NCBI GenBank assembly: GCA_963733395.1
Contig: CAVTCZ010000009.1
Coordinates: 293,436-357,435 of the forward strand
Length of the DNA stretch: 64,000 nt
Direction of reading: 5' to 3'
Origin: an uncultured Actinomycetota bacterium
GTDB lineage: Bacteria > Actinomycetota > Actinomycetes > S36-B12 > UBA10799
Of this stretch, positions 1-10,376 are shown piece after piece. A model generated the notes under the pieces. The model was not told the DNA's origin and did not search any database. It saw only the letters and a program-made list of their open reading frames with translations. The position numbers and the translations under genes are program-made. Positions within the stretch are counted from its first letter, which is position 1; each line of letters opens with the position of its first letter.

Positions 1-1463
1 TCGCGGCTCGCCAGCGCCGTCTCGTACCGGGCCACGAGGCGGCGCGCGAGGTCGCGCTCAGCCTCCCGGATCGAGCGACCGGCCTCGTCGTCGAGTTCCA
101 CGGGCAGGTCTGCGACCCGGCGAGCGGGAATGCTGGCGGCCACGTCGACCTTGCGCCGGCGGACGATGCCGAGGTTGATCACACAGGAACGCGCGGCGCG
201 GTAGAACCCCGGATCCTCCGGCGTCAGGCCGGTCTCCTCGAGGGCTGCCATGAGTTCGGCGCGGGGGCGCTTCTCGTCGATCCAGCCGAGGAACTGCCAG
301 ATCGCGCGGAAGTCCTCGATGTCGTTGATCAACGGGGTCCCGGTGAGCGCCATCAGCAGGGGTCGCGCCGTGCGGGCACGGATGCGCTCGGACAACTCCA
401 GCACGTGCTGTGAGCGCTGCGACTTCTTGTTCTTGATGAAGTGGGCCTCGTCGACGACCATGCCGCGCAGTCCGAGGTCGCCGAGCCACCCGATATGGCG
501 GTCGAGCACCTCGTAGTTGACGATGACGATGTCCGCGAAGCCGTCGATCGTGTCACCGTCACCGTGGATCACCGTGGCCGGGCGGTGCGGGGTCCAGAGG
601 CTCACCTCGTGGGCCCAGTTGGTCTTCACGACGTTCGGCGCCACAACCAGCAGCGGATAGGCGTCCGCCGCCTGTGCGGCGAGCAGCGCCTGCGCGGTCT
701 TGCCCAGTCCGGGCTCGTCGGCGAGCAGGAAGCTGCGGTGTCCGGACACCGCAGCGGCGACCACCTGAGCCTGGTGCGGCATCAGTTCCCGACCGCCCGG
801 CGCCAGCAGCGAGCCCGGCGGTGGCAGGGGCATACATGCCGGGGCGCCGTCGCTGGCCTCCTCGAACGAACGGAAGAGCGGTCCGAGCAACTCCCAGCCG
901 GCCAGGCGATGCGAGCGGGCCTTGCTCTGCTCCACGGACGAGAAGTCCGGAGCCATGAACGGATTCGCCAGTTGGCGGGCGATGACCGACTGCGGCACGA
1001 CCTCGCGCGTGGCCGCGGCTGCCTCCGGCTCCTCGGGCGTCTCGATGTCCGGGGCCGGCTCCATCCCCGCCTCGATCTGCATGTCCCGCTTCAGCGACTT
1101 GGCGGCATCGGAGACGACGGCGTCATCTGTGAGCAGCTTCAGCAGCGAGGTGTCGCGGGCGGCGGTCTTCGCGAGGATCATCGCGATTCCGTCGAGGCGC
1201 TTGAGCTGCCCCGCCCGGTGGGTCTCGCTGTCGACGTCATCGGCCATGACATGGGCGCGCTCCTCTCGGACCAGCAGGGCCACGACCTGGAACTTGGTCC
1301 TCACCGAAGGCTTCGCGTGGCCGCGCTCGACGGCGGCCTCGACCTCACGCACGGCGCGCGCGAGTACCGGGATGATGCCCTCGTTGTCGGCATCGCTGAC
1401 GCGTCGCCGGTTCCGCTGGACGGAACGGCGAGCGCCCGATTGACGCTGGCCTCGTTTGGCCAC
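1..1463 (-). CDS. SNF2/DEAD-DEAH-family helicase (5' part, runs off window start)
   Basis: Manual translation of the - strand from GTG 1463 (RBS GGAGGAGG): LLADEPGLGKT (Walker A), VVDEAHFIKN, LTGTPLIN. Missing from the ORF track because no stop lies in the window. Confidence 0.92.
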   Translation of the reverse strand, partial: MAKRGQRQSGARRSVQRNRRRVSDADNEGIIPVLARAVREVEAAVERGHAKPSVRTKFQVVALLVREERAHVMADDVDSETHRAGQLKRLDGIAMILAKTAARDTSLLKLLTDDAVVSDAAKSLKRDMQIEAGMEPAPDIETPEEPEAAAATREVVPQSVIARQLANPFMAPDFSSVEQSKARSHRLAGWELLGPLFRSFEEASDGAPACMPLPPPGSLLAPGGRELMPHQAQVVAAAVSGHRSFLLADEPGLGKTAQALLAAQAADAYPLLVVAPNVVKTNWAHEVSLWTPHRPATVIHGDGDTIDGFADIVIVNYEVLDRHIGWLGDLGLRGMVVDEAHFIKNKKSQRSQHVLELSERIRARTARPLLMALTGTPLINDIEDFRAIWQFLGWIDEKRPRAELMAALEETGLTPEDPGFYRAARSCVINLGIVRRRKVDVAASIPARRVADLPVELDDEAGRSIREAERDLARRLVARYETALASR

Positions 1464-1497
1464 TGACTCCTCCTCCGGAGTACCCAAAACGCTGGTG

Positions 1498-1589
1498 GCG
1501 GCGATCCTCGGCTTCGATGCCGTCAGGCATCAAGGCCGCACGTCCCAGCGGGCGTCCGAAGACTCCCGCGACGGACTGGCGATCGCCGC
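1498..1589 (-). ncRNA. Candidate structured cis-regulatory leader (three-way junction)
   Basis: Closing stem GCGGCGAUC/GAUCGCCGC, arm with GUC-UUCG-GAC, arm GAUGCC-UGAC-GGCAUC; family not recognised. Confidence 0.4.
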
Positions 1590-1706
1590 TTCCAACCGAG
1601 CGAGCCCCCACAACAGATCACCGGAACCCGTCCCCACGACGACCCCGGGCTGCACTGCGACATCGAGGACCACCGGCCCTGGATTCCTTGGGAACCCGCC
1701 CCGACC

Positions 1707-1735
1707 AGAGTACGCAGTCCCCCGGCAGTTCACAA
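1707..1735 (-). promoter_or_regulatory. Putative sigma-A promoter of the helicase (TTGTGA-N17-TACTCT)
   Basis: -35 at 1730-1735, -10 at 1707-1712, 17-nt spacer; implies a 5' UTR of about 235 nt. Confidence 0.55.
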
Positions 1736-1817
1736 GCACCGAGAGCCGGGTTCCGAACCCGGCATCGTTCAATGGCCAGACACTGCTGTCCTGACGGGTC
1801 AGTGGTTCACTATCCCC

Positions 1818-3398
1818 ATGCCAGCCGACCTCGTGATCACCGGCGCCCGGATCTGGGGCAGCAGCGCGCGCGCCATCGGGGTGTCAGGCGCCTGGATCGT
1901 GCCCCCGGAGATCGGCCCGGAGACCGAGGTCATCGACGGCACCGGCAAGACCGTGCTCCCCGGATTCCAGGACGCCCACGTGCACACCCCGTTCGCCGGG
2001 CTGAACCGGCTGCGGGTGTGGCTCAACGACGCTGCGGGCCGCGAGGACTACCTGCGGATCATCTCCGAACATGCCGCCGCGCACCCCGAGTCCGCCTGGA
2101 TCACCGGCGGTGGCTGGTCCATGACGGCATTCCCCGGAGGACTCCCGCGCAAGCAGGATCTCGACGCGATCGTGCCGGACCGCCCGGTCTTCCTGTTCAA
2201 CCGCGACGTCCACGGGGCGTGGCTCAACTCGGCGGCATTGGCGGCCGCCGGGATCACCGCGGACACCCCCGACCCGGCCGACGGACGGATCGAACGCGAC
2301 CCGGCCGGCGATCCCACCGGCGCCTTGCACGAGGGCGCCGCGTACTGGGTCAATGAACACGTCGTCCCGCGACCATCCCCGGCCGAGTGGGAGGCCGCCA
2401 TCCGCACCGGGCAGGAGCACCTGCACTCCCTGGGGATCACCGGCTGGCAGGACGCCTGGGTCACGCCCGAGACACAGCGTGCGTACCGCAGTCTGGCGGA
2501 CTCCGGCGAACTGACCGCCCGGGTCGTGGGCGCCCTGTGGTGGGACCGGCACCGCGGCCTCGAGCAGATCGATGAGTTGCTCGAACGGTCCGGGCTCGAT
2601 GCGCCGGGGTTCCACCCCACGACGGTGAAGATCATGCTCGACGGCGTCCTGGAGAACTTCACGGGCGCCCTGCTGGAGCCCTACTGCGACGGGTGCGGCG
2701 GCCACACGGACAATCGGGGGCTGTCCTTCATCGACACCGACATCCTCGACCGGGCTGTCACCGTGCTGGACGCCGCGGGCATGCAGGTGCACATGCACGC
2801 CATCGGCGACCGGGCCGTGCGGATGGCCCTGGATGCGGTGGCCACCGCGCGCGCAGCCAATGGCATGACCGACACCAGGCACCACGTGGCACACCTACAG
2901 GTGGTTCATCCCGAGGACATCCCGCGCTTCGCAACCCTCGGCGTGACCGCGAACTGCCAGATGTACTGGGCCTCGACCGACCCGCAGATGTCCGAACTCA
3001 CGATCCCTTACCTGGGCCGGGAACGCGCGGGCATGCAATACCCGTTCGCCTCCCTGCAGCGCTCAGGCGCGCGCCTGGCCATGGGCAGCGACTGGTCGGT
3101 CTCGACCGCCAACCCGCTGACGCAGATCGAGGTCGGGGTGACCCGGGTGGATCCCGGCGATCGGGACGTCGAGCCGTTCCTGCCCGCCGAGCGCATCGAC
3201 CTGGCGACCGGCATCGACGCCTTCACCGCGGGGTCCGCCTACGTGAACCACGACGACCGCGCTGGTTCGCTGGCCCTCGGCAAACGCGCGGACCTGGTCC
3301 TGCTGGGCGGGGAACTGTCCGGTGGCCGCGGACTGGCCGACATACCGATCGAACTCACGGTCGCTGCCGGCCGCATCGTGCACTCGGGTCTGCGGTGA
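1818..3398 (+). CDS. Amidohydrolase 3 family (YtcJ-like)
   Basis: PGFQDAHVH, HAIGDRA, RHHVAHLQ, GSDW, GKRADLV motifs. Confidence 0.9.
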   Translation: MPADLVITGARIWGSSARAIGVSGAWIVPPEIGPETEVIDGTGKTVLPGFQDAHVHTPFAGLNRLRVWLNDAAGREDYLRIISEHAAAHPESAWITGGGWSMTAFPGGLPRKQDLDAIVPDRPVFLFNRDVHGAWLNSAALAAAGITADTPDPADGRIERDPAGDPTGALHEGAAYWVNEHVVPRPSPAEWEAAIRTGQEHLHSLGITGWQDAWVTPETQRAYRSLADSGELTARVVGALWWDRHRGLEQIDELLERSGLDAPGFHPTTVKIMLDGVLENFTGALLEPYCDGCGGHTDNRGLSFIDTDILDRAVTVLDAAGMQVHMHAIGDRAVRMALDAVATARAANGMTDTRHHVAHLQVVHPEDIPRFATLGVTANCQMYWASTDPQMSELTIPYLGRERAGMQYPFASLQRSGARLAMGSDWSVSTANPLTQIEVGVTRVDPGDRDVEPFLPAERIDLATGIDAFTAGSAYVNHDDRAGSLALGKRADLVLLGGELSGGRGLADIPIELTVAAGRIVHSGLR

Positions 3399-5052
3399 AC
3401 CGTCCGTCACTCGCCGGGTTGATCGGGGCGATCATCGGCGCCGCGCTCAGCGTGACCCCGTCGCTCATCCCCCGCGCCGCGGTGATCCAGGGCCTGCTCA
3501 TGGGCGTGCTGGCCGTGATCGGGTACGGGATGGGGGCGGTGGTGGCCTGGACTGCGCACGAGCTCACCCGAGGGTCTGCGACGGTAGTGCCCGCGACACC
3601 CGGCGTGTCGGGTCAACACCGTCAGAGAACCCCCGGGAAAGGGTCGACGCCGGCGCTTGGGCCTTGCCCTTGTCGGCGCCGCGGTTCTGCTCGTCGCCCT
3701 GTTCGCCGGCCGCCACTGGCAGGCCGAACTGGCCGGGATCACCGATGTCCCGCCGCCGGGGGCCACCTGGATCCCGATCGCGCTGGCCACGGCCGCCGTC
3801 GTGTTCGTCGTGCTGCTGCTGGCCGCACGGGGCATCCGCTGGCTGACCCGCCGCCTGGCCGCATTGCTGCAACACGCCGCCCCGCCCCGGGTTGCCATGG
3901 CCGCGGCGGTGACGATCAGCATCCTGGTGGGGGCAGTGGCGATCGATCGGTTCCCGACGGTCGTGGTGGGTGTGCTCCACCCCTTCTTCGAGAGGGCGAA
4001 CGCCGCCACCCCGGCAGGTGTTCAGCCACCGACCAGCGCCGTGGTCTCCGGGGGTCCCGACTCCACCATCGCGTGGGCCGATCTCGGGAGCCAGGGCCGG
4101 GCCTTCGTCGCGGGGGTCACCTCGGCCCCGGAACTGCAGGCGTTCTCCGGCACCCGGGCCCTCGATCCGGTGCGGGTGTTCGTGGGGGTGGATTCCAGCA
4201 GCACCGCGCAGGGACGGGCTGCCCTGGCCGTGGCAGAACTGGAACGCTTCGGCGCGTTCCAGCGATCCGTGATCGCCGTGGGCACCAGCGCCGGGTCCGG
4301 GACGGTCGACCCCGGCGAAGTGGTTCCGTTGGAGTACCTGTTCAACGGCGACGTCGCCACGGTCTCCACGCAGTACTCGATCCTGCCCAGCTTCCTGTCC
4401 TTCCTGGTGGACCAGCCGACGTCGGTGTCGGAGTCACAGGCCCTGATCGCCGCCGTGCGCACCCGGTTGCTACAAGTCCCTGCGGCACAACGCCCGCGAC
4501 TGGTGGTCTTCGGGGAGAGCCTGGGCGCCTACGGATCGAGCAGCGCCTTCGACGGACCTGCCCGACCTGCTGGCGCAGACCGACGGGGCCATGTTCCAGG
4601 GCCCTCCGAACTCGAGCCCGCTCTGGCGCCGCTACACCGACGAGCGGGAACCGGGGACCCCCGAGCACCTGCCCGTCTACGACCGCGGCCGGCACCTGCG
4701 CTGGGCGAACCAGCCCTCCGACCTGTCCTCCCCCGCCCAGCCGTTCGAGGCGCCCCGAGTGGTGTTCCTGCAGAACGCCTCGGACCCGGTGGTCTGGTGG
4801 TCGCCGCACGTGGCCTGGAGTCGGCCGGACTGGCTGGCCGAACCACGTGGCCCCGGCGTGCTGGCCTGGCCGTGGCTGCCACTGGTCAGTTTCGCCGGGC
4901 TGACCGGCGACATGATGAACAGCCAGGGTGTGCCCGCCGGCCACGGCCACGTCTACGGCACCGACCCGGTGGTGGCGTGGGCGGACATCCTGCGGCCCCC
5001 GGGATGGACCGCAAGCGACACCGAACGCCTGCAGCAGCACCTGGGGGGTTGA
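3395..5052 (+). CDS. Membrane alpha/beta-hydrolase (Abhydrolase_9-like), two frameshifts (about 3660 and 4560)
   Basis: GTGA overlap with upstream stop; TPSLIPR N-terminus, LGSQGRAFV, GESLG nucleophile elbow, QNASDPVVWW, GHGHVY spread over three frames. Confidence 0.8.
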
Positions 5053-5190
5053 ATCAGCACGCAACAACGCCACCCCGCAGGAGTACGCTGGACGTGGTAT
5101 CCCAGCCAACCCCGCTTGCCGGAGGGACGCGCCTGGCGGCCTCCGCTCTCCAGGCTGGTCGGGTCGACTGGCGTCGGCTGAGGAGGGACC

Positions 5191-6642
5191 ATGTTGCTCG
5201 CGACCACATCCCAGACCACATCCCGCAGGTTCGCGGTCGGCAGCGCTGCCGTGGCCGCGGCCGGCCTCTTCCTCTGGCCCGTTGCGGCACCGCCGCCATC
5301 GACGCCGTTGGAGCAGGTACAGGCCTTGGTGCAGCCATCGGTCGTCTACGAGCAGATCACCTGGACCGGTTACGTCTACGACCGGCACAACGACGGGTAC
5401 TTCACGGAAGACCCCTTCACGGTCTCCTACCAGTGCACGGGCTTCGTCGTGAATCCCGACGGCTACATCGGCACCGCCGGGCACTGCGTCGACTACGACC
5501 TCACCGTGAAGAACGACATTCTCAGCCAGGTCGTCGATTGGGCGTACACGAACGGCTACTACGAGGCGGAGCCCTCCACAGAGACCATCGCGACGTTCGC
5601 GCGGCACTGGCGCATCGATGGCGCCACGCGCAACGGCCGGCCCGACGTGGACGTGTCAGTCGCCTACGGCGTGAGCGTTTCCGGTGAACCCTCCGGCAAG
5701 GCCCTGCCAGCACGCGTGGTGGGCGTGCGGCCGATGGATCAAGGTGACGTGGCCCTGCTGAAGATCGAGGCCAAGGACCTCACGGTGCTGCCCCTGTCCG
5801 ACAACGCCGAAACCGGCGTGGGCACCCAGATCGTCTCCGTCGGCTACCCGGCCTCCGTGGATCTCGTGACCGACGCCAACTTCAACCCCAGTTTCAAGGA
5901 GGGGAGCATCAGCGCGGAGAAGACCATCGAGGGCGGTCTGCTGCCGGTCTACGAGATCAGCGCGCCAGTCTCCGGCGGCATGAGCGGAGGCCCCACCACG
6001 GATCTGCAAGGGCGCGTGATCGGAGTCAACAGCTTCAACATCAGCGGCGAGACGCAGCCCTTCAACTTCGTCCAGCCGGCCGCGAACCTGCAGGAACTCA
6101 TGCGGGCCGAAGGGGTGGAGAACACCCTGGGGCCGGTCACCGAGGACTACCGCGCCGGGCTGGCCGCGTACTACGCCGGCGACCGCGACGCCGCCATCGA
6201 TGACTTCGAGCAGGTGCTGGCGACCGTTCCCAGCCATCAGTTCGCGCAGGACTACCTCAAGAAGGCGCAATCGCTTACCGCGTCCGGATTCCCGCTGTGG
6301 ATCCTCGGTCTCGCCGCAGTCGCCCTGTTGGCGGTGGCTGGCATCGTCGTGGCCGTGGTCCTGACCCGCCGGCGCTCCTCGGCCGGCGTGACGCAGCCGA
6401 CCCCAGTCGCGGTTTCGTACCCGAGCCCGCCGGAGCCGGTACCGCCCGCGCCGCCGGAGCCGGTACCGCCCGCGCCGCCGGAGCCGGTCTCGTACCCGCG
6501 CCCGCCGGAGCCAGTGGCGGAGCCGACTCACGAGCCCGCACCAGGGGCCCCCGAGGAGGAACGGTTCTGCCCGCACTGTGGCCACGCCCACGAGCCCGAC
6601 GCACAGTTCTGCCCGCACTGCGGCCATCACCTGACGCCATAG
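5191..6642 (+). CDS. Trypsin-like serine protease with TM helix, Pro-rich linker and C-terminal double zinc ribbon
   Basis: TAGHC, DVALL, GMSGGP triad motifs; hydrophobic segment then RRR; CPHCG...CPHCG at the C-terminus. Confidence 0.88.
   Translation: MLLATTSQTTSRRFAVGSAAVAAAGLFLWPVAAPPPSTPLEQVQALVQPSVVYEQITWTGYVYDRHNDGYFTEDPFTVSYQCTGFVVNPDGYIGTAGHCVDYDLTVKNDILSQVVDWAYTNGYYEAEPSTETIATFARHWRIDGATRNGRPDVDVSVAYGVSVSGEPSGKALPARVVGVRPMDQGDVALLKIEAKDLTVLPLSDNAETGVGTQIVSVGYPASVDLVTDANFNPSFKEGSISAEKTIEGGLLPVYEISAPVSGGMSGGPTTDLQGRVIGVNSFNISGETQPFNFVQPAANLQELMRAEGVENTLGPVTEDYRAGLAAYYAGDRDAAIDDFEQVLATVPSHQFAQDYLKKAQSLTASGFPLWILGLAAVALLAVAGIVVAVVLTRRRSSAGVTQPTPVAVSYPSPPEPVPPAPPEPVPPAPPEPVSYPRPPEPVAEPTHEPAPGAPEEERFCPHCGHAHEPDAQFCPHCGHHLTP
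6427..6514 (+). repeat. 24-bp coding tandem repeat (PPEPVPPA)
   Basis: CCGCCGGAGCCGGTACCGCCCGCG at 6427 and 6451, with degenerate copies at 6475 and about 6502. Confidence 0.85.
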
Positions 6643-6665
6643 CGCAGACTGCCCACCGGGGTGGC

Positions 6666-8428
6666 CTACGGCGCTGCCACCCCGGAGCGGTTGTGCATGA
6701 GCAGCGACAGCAGATCCTCCGGGGGCCCGACCACGTAGGCATCGTCCCCGGCCTGCAGAGTGGTCTGGCTGCGTGGCAGATGCTCCAGACCGCCCTCCCG
6801 GAACAGTGCGATCACCCGGGCACGCATCGGCAGGTCGAGCATCGACACCCCCGCCAGACCGCCATCGGCGCGCACGGTCAACCGGCCCGCGATGAAGGCC
6901 TCCTGGTCGACGGCGAAGGTGGCGATCACCTCCAGGCCCAAGGCTGCGGCCACGAACCACGGGGCACTCACCGCGGAGACGCTGCGGACGTGGTGGAAGT
7001 GCAGCCGCTCCTCCAGGTGCGGCCGAGCCGCCGGTCGAAGACCCGCATCACGACCGGCACGTTCGGCGCCCGCTGCCCGAGGCTGTCCCGGATCGCCAGA
7101 CCGGTCTCGATGTTGGCGTACTCGTCGGAGGTGAGAACTGCCACGCCCTGTGCGTCCTGCAGGTTGGACGCCAGCAACGTGTCCGCCTGGGTGGCGTCCT
7201 GGGCCAGCACCGGCACCCCGAGTGCGCGGGCACGGCCGATGTGGCGGTTGTTCGGGTCGCGCTCGATCACGACCACCTGCTGCTTCATCGCCACCAACTG
7301 CTCGACGACGGCGATACCCAGCGATCCGAGTCCGACGACGAGCACATGATTGGTCATGCCCGTGACGCGCACCAGGCCGAACGTCGCGGCGATCCGCCGA
7401 CTGACCAGGAACTCGGTCACCAGGGCGTAGAAGGTCGCGAGCAGCACGATGGTCGCGATCATGACCAGGATGGCCACGACCCGCAGGTACGCGGGCTGGT
7501 TGTCGAAGGAGAAGTCGCCGTACCCGATGGTGGCCATCGTCTCGATGGAGAAGTACACGGCATCCAACGGGTCCATGTTCTCCGTGGCGGAGTTGACGAA
7601 GCCGATCATGAGCGTCCCGGCGAACACGGCGGCCAGCAGGAGCCAGGCAGCCACGGTCCACTTCAGGGCACTGTTCGCCCCGTACGAAAGGTTGCTCGCA
7701 AGGGTCCGCAGCGGATGCCGGCTGTACCCGCGGGGCCGGGCAGGCGTGCCCAACGGCTCCGCCGGCAGCCCATCGAGGTCCATGAGTTCGGATTCTGAGC
7801 CCACGAACGCGACCAGGTCGCCACGCTCGACCGTGGTGTCGCGGCTCGGACACACCGACTGCGTGCCGTCCTCATGCATCACCAGGATCGGAGCCAACTC
7901 CCCGAACAGGTCCTGCAGCCTGCCGGCGGCGGTGACCTCCACCTCCCGCACGACGAAGTTGTCGTCGGCGATGGGCATCCGGTGCAGACGCTCGTCCAGC
8001 ACGGACTCGACGAACGTCGGGGCAGCGAGTTCGGCGGGATTGACCACCCAGCCCTTGATGATGGCCGAGCTGACCGCGCGACCCACGGCCGGGTTGGATT
8101 GCCGCACGATCACCCGCTTCTGCGGGGCGAGTTCCTGGACCAGCAGAGCCGACTCGAGGCAGCGCAAGTCGTCGTCCTCCACGCAGACGACGCACATCGC
8201 CCCGGCCAGACCGGCCGCCCACAGGCTGTCCGGGTGCCGCGGGCTGCCCGGGATCCGGGGGACGTCGAGCGCCTGCACGGCACGCAGGTGGTGGTCCTCT
8301 GCGACGCTTCCCACCACGACCACCCGGATGTCCGCCGATTGCAGCAGCTCCACGACCCGCACGCCGAGGCCCTGCAGCCCGCACACGATGACGTGGCCGC
8401 TCCAATCGCGGGTGTCCGATGTGTCCAT
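6666..8428 (-). CDS. K+ channel with RCK/TrkA domains, frameshift near 7015
   Basis: HVIVCGLQGLG and HVLVVGLGSLG Rossmann motifs flank a 2TM pore with TIGYGD filter; C-terminal TrkA-C in another frame. Confidence 0.88.
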
Positions 8429-8639
8429 AGCGTTCCGCACGTTACTGGTCGAGCCGCCCGTTGGCAGCGAATCGCACCCGCCGCCCGAACCAGCGTCGGC
8501 CGAAAGCTGCCGCGGTGGCCGTAACGGGATCGAGATTCGTCCCGGCAGTGCGCGTCCCGACCGAACAGCGGCCGCCGTCAGCATGCACGCAACGTGACCG
8601 TGAGAGTACCGTCGGTAAGGCCGTGACAAGGAGCCGAAC

Positions 8640-10331
8640 GTGAGCCGCAAACTCGGGGACATCCTGGTGGCGGGGGGATCGATCACCCCCGCCGAGTTGC
8701 AGCATTGCCTTGCCGTGCAAGCTCAGGAACCACCGCGGCGCCGGCGGCGATTGGGCCGGATCCTGCTGGATGAGGAGCGCATCACCGAGAACACCCTGGC
8801 CGCGGCGCTGGCGCAGTCCCACGGCCTGCAGGCCGTCGACCTGTCGCAGGAGGAGATCGATCCGCAGCTGGCACGCTCGATCCCACAACTGGTCGCCAAG
8901 CGGGCCCTTATCCTGCCGCTGTCCCTGACAGATCAGACACTGCGGATCGCCGCTGCCGACCCCGTCGACGTCGTCGGGCTCGATGACGTCCGCCTGCACC
9001 TGCAACGCAAGTACCGGGGCATGCGCGTGCAGGTGGTGGTCGCCCCCGAGAGCCAGATCCGGCGCCGACTGGCGTCGAGTTGGAGCGAAGCGAACGCGGT
9101 CGAGGCCCTGGAGGGGTTCGACGCGGAGAGCACCGGTGCCGCGGCCGAGGAGCAAGCCGACAGCGGGGACGCCGGAGCTGTCTCGGCGGTCCACCAGATC
9201 CTGGCCACGGCGATTCGCATCGGCGCCAGCGACATCCACATCGAGCCGCTGGCCAACGAGGTACGGGTACGCATGCGCGTGGACGGCTCGCTGCGCAAGG
9301 TGATGGCGTTGCCCAAGTCCGGCCAGGCCCCGCTGACCTCCCGCGTCAAGATCATGGCCAACATCGACATCGCCCAGAAACGCATTCCGCAGGATGGCCG
9401 CGCGCGGATCTCGCTGGACGGTATGGGCCGCAACATCCGGGTCTCCACGCTGCCGACGCTGCACGGCGAGAAGGTGGTCATCCGGCTGCTCACGGATATC
9501 GGGGAACTGCCCGCCCTCAAGACTCTGGGTATCCCGCCGCGGGGACTGCAGGTCGTCCATGAGGCACTGCGCAGTTCCCAAGGACTGGTCCTCATCACCG
9601 GCCCCACCGGATCCGGCAAGACCACGACCCTGTACTCCGCGATCAACGAGGTCGTCACCGGGGACCGCAATCTCATCACGCTCGAGGAGCCCGTCGAGAT
9701 CGAATTGCCGGGCGTGAGCCAGGTCCAGATCGACGAGAAGGTGGGTATGACCTTCGCCGCCGGGCTGCGATCCGTGCTCCGACAGGACCCGGACATCATC
9801 ATGGTCGGCGAGATCCGCGACAAGGTGACCGCAGAACTGGCCATCCGGGCGGCCCTCACCGGGCACCTCGTGCTCGCCACGGTGCACACCAACGACGCGC
9901 CGTCAGCAGTGATCCGGCTGGTCGACATGGGCGTTCCGCGATACCTGGTCGCATCGTCGATCAACCTGGTCATCGCACAACGCCTGCTGCGCCGGCCCTG
10001 CCCGCATTGTCTGCAACCGCAGCTACCGGACCCGGAGACCCGGGAGCGGCTGCACCTGACTGACGCACAGGCTGCCGCGATGGTGGTGGGCCGGGGATGC
10101 GAGAAATGCGAGGCGCACGGGTATCGCGGCCGGACCGGTATCTTCGAGGTCTTGCCGGTCAGCCGGGCGGTACGCAGCGCGCTGATGGCCGGTGGCGACG
10201 AGGAGGTGCTCGCAAAGGCCGCCCGACCGGAGGGTTGGCAGCCGCTGGTCGAGGCAGGCGTAGACGCCGCCACCCACAGATTGACCACGGCCGGAGAGGT
10301 ACTGCGCATCCTGCAGGCCGCGTCGCAGTGA
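8640..10331 (+). CDS. GspE/PilB-family secretion/pilus ATPase with N-terminal MshEN-like motifs
   Basis: ASDIHIEP, PQDGR, GPTGSGKTTT, LRQDPD, LTGHLV, CPHC...CEKC, GYRGR; KLGDILV...L...L..Q and RLGRILL repeats. Confidence 0.92.
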   Translation: MSRKLGDILVAGGSITPAELQHCLAVQAQEPPRRRRRLGRILLDEERITENTLAAALAQSHGLQAVDLSQEEIDPQLARSIPQLVAKRALILPLSLTDQTLRIAAADPVDVVGLDDVRLHLQRKYRGMRVQVVVAPESQIRRRLASSWSEANAVEALEGFDAESTGAAAEEQADSGDAGAVSAVHQILATAIRIGASDIHIEPLANEVRVRMRVDGSLRKVMALPKSGQAPLTSRVKIMANIDIAQKRIPQDGRARISLDGMGRNIRVSTLPTLHGEKVVIRLLTDIGELPALKTLGIPPRGLQVVHEALRSSQGLVLITGPTGSGKTTTLYSAINEVVTGDRNLITLEEPVEIELPGVSQVQIDEKVGMTFAAGLRSVLRQDPDIIMVGEIRDKVTAELAIRAALTGHLVLATVHTNDAPSAVIRLVDMGVPRYLVASSINLVIAQRLLRRPCPHCLQPQLPDPETRERLHLTDAQAAAMVVGRGCEKCEAHGYRGRTGIFEVLPVSRAVRSALMAGGDEEVLAKAARPEGWQPLVEAGVDAATHRLTTAGEVLRILQAASQ

Positions 10332-10376
10332 ACCGAACGGAGTCACGCCCGGCGTGCCGGCAGACGCCCGGGACCA

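Noticed and set aside
441-1466. Long antisense or alternate-frame ORFs (e.g. 441-1466, 8442-9887, 20833-22197, 60610-62250)
   Set aside because: Shadow ORFs of real genes, expected in high-GC DNA.
8430-8639. c-di-GMP or c-di-AMP riboswitch between the K+ channel and the PilB-like gene
   Set aside because: Small hairpins and a GAAA loop are present but the conserved cores of either class are not, on either strand.
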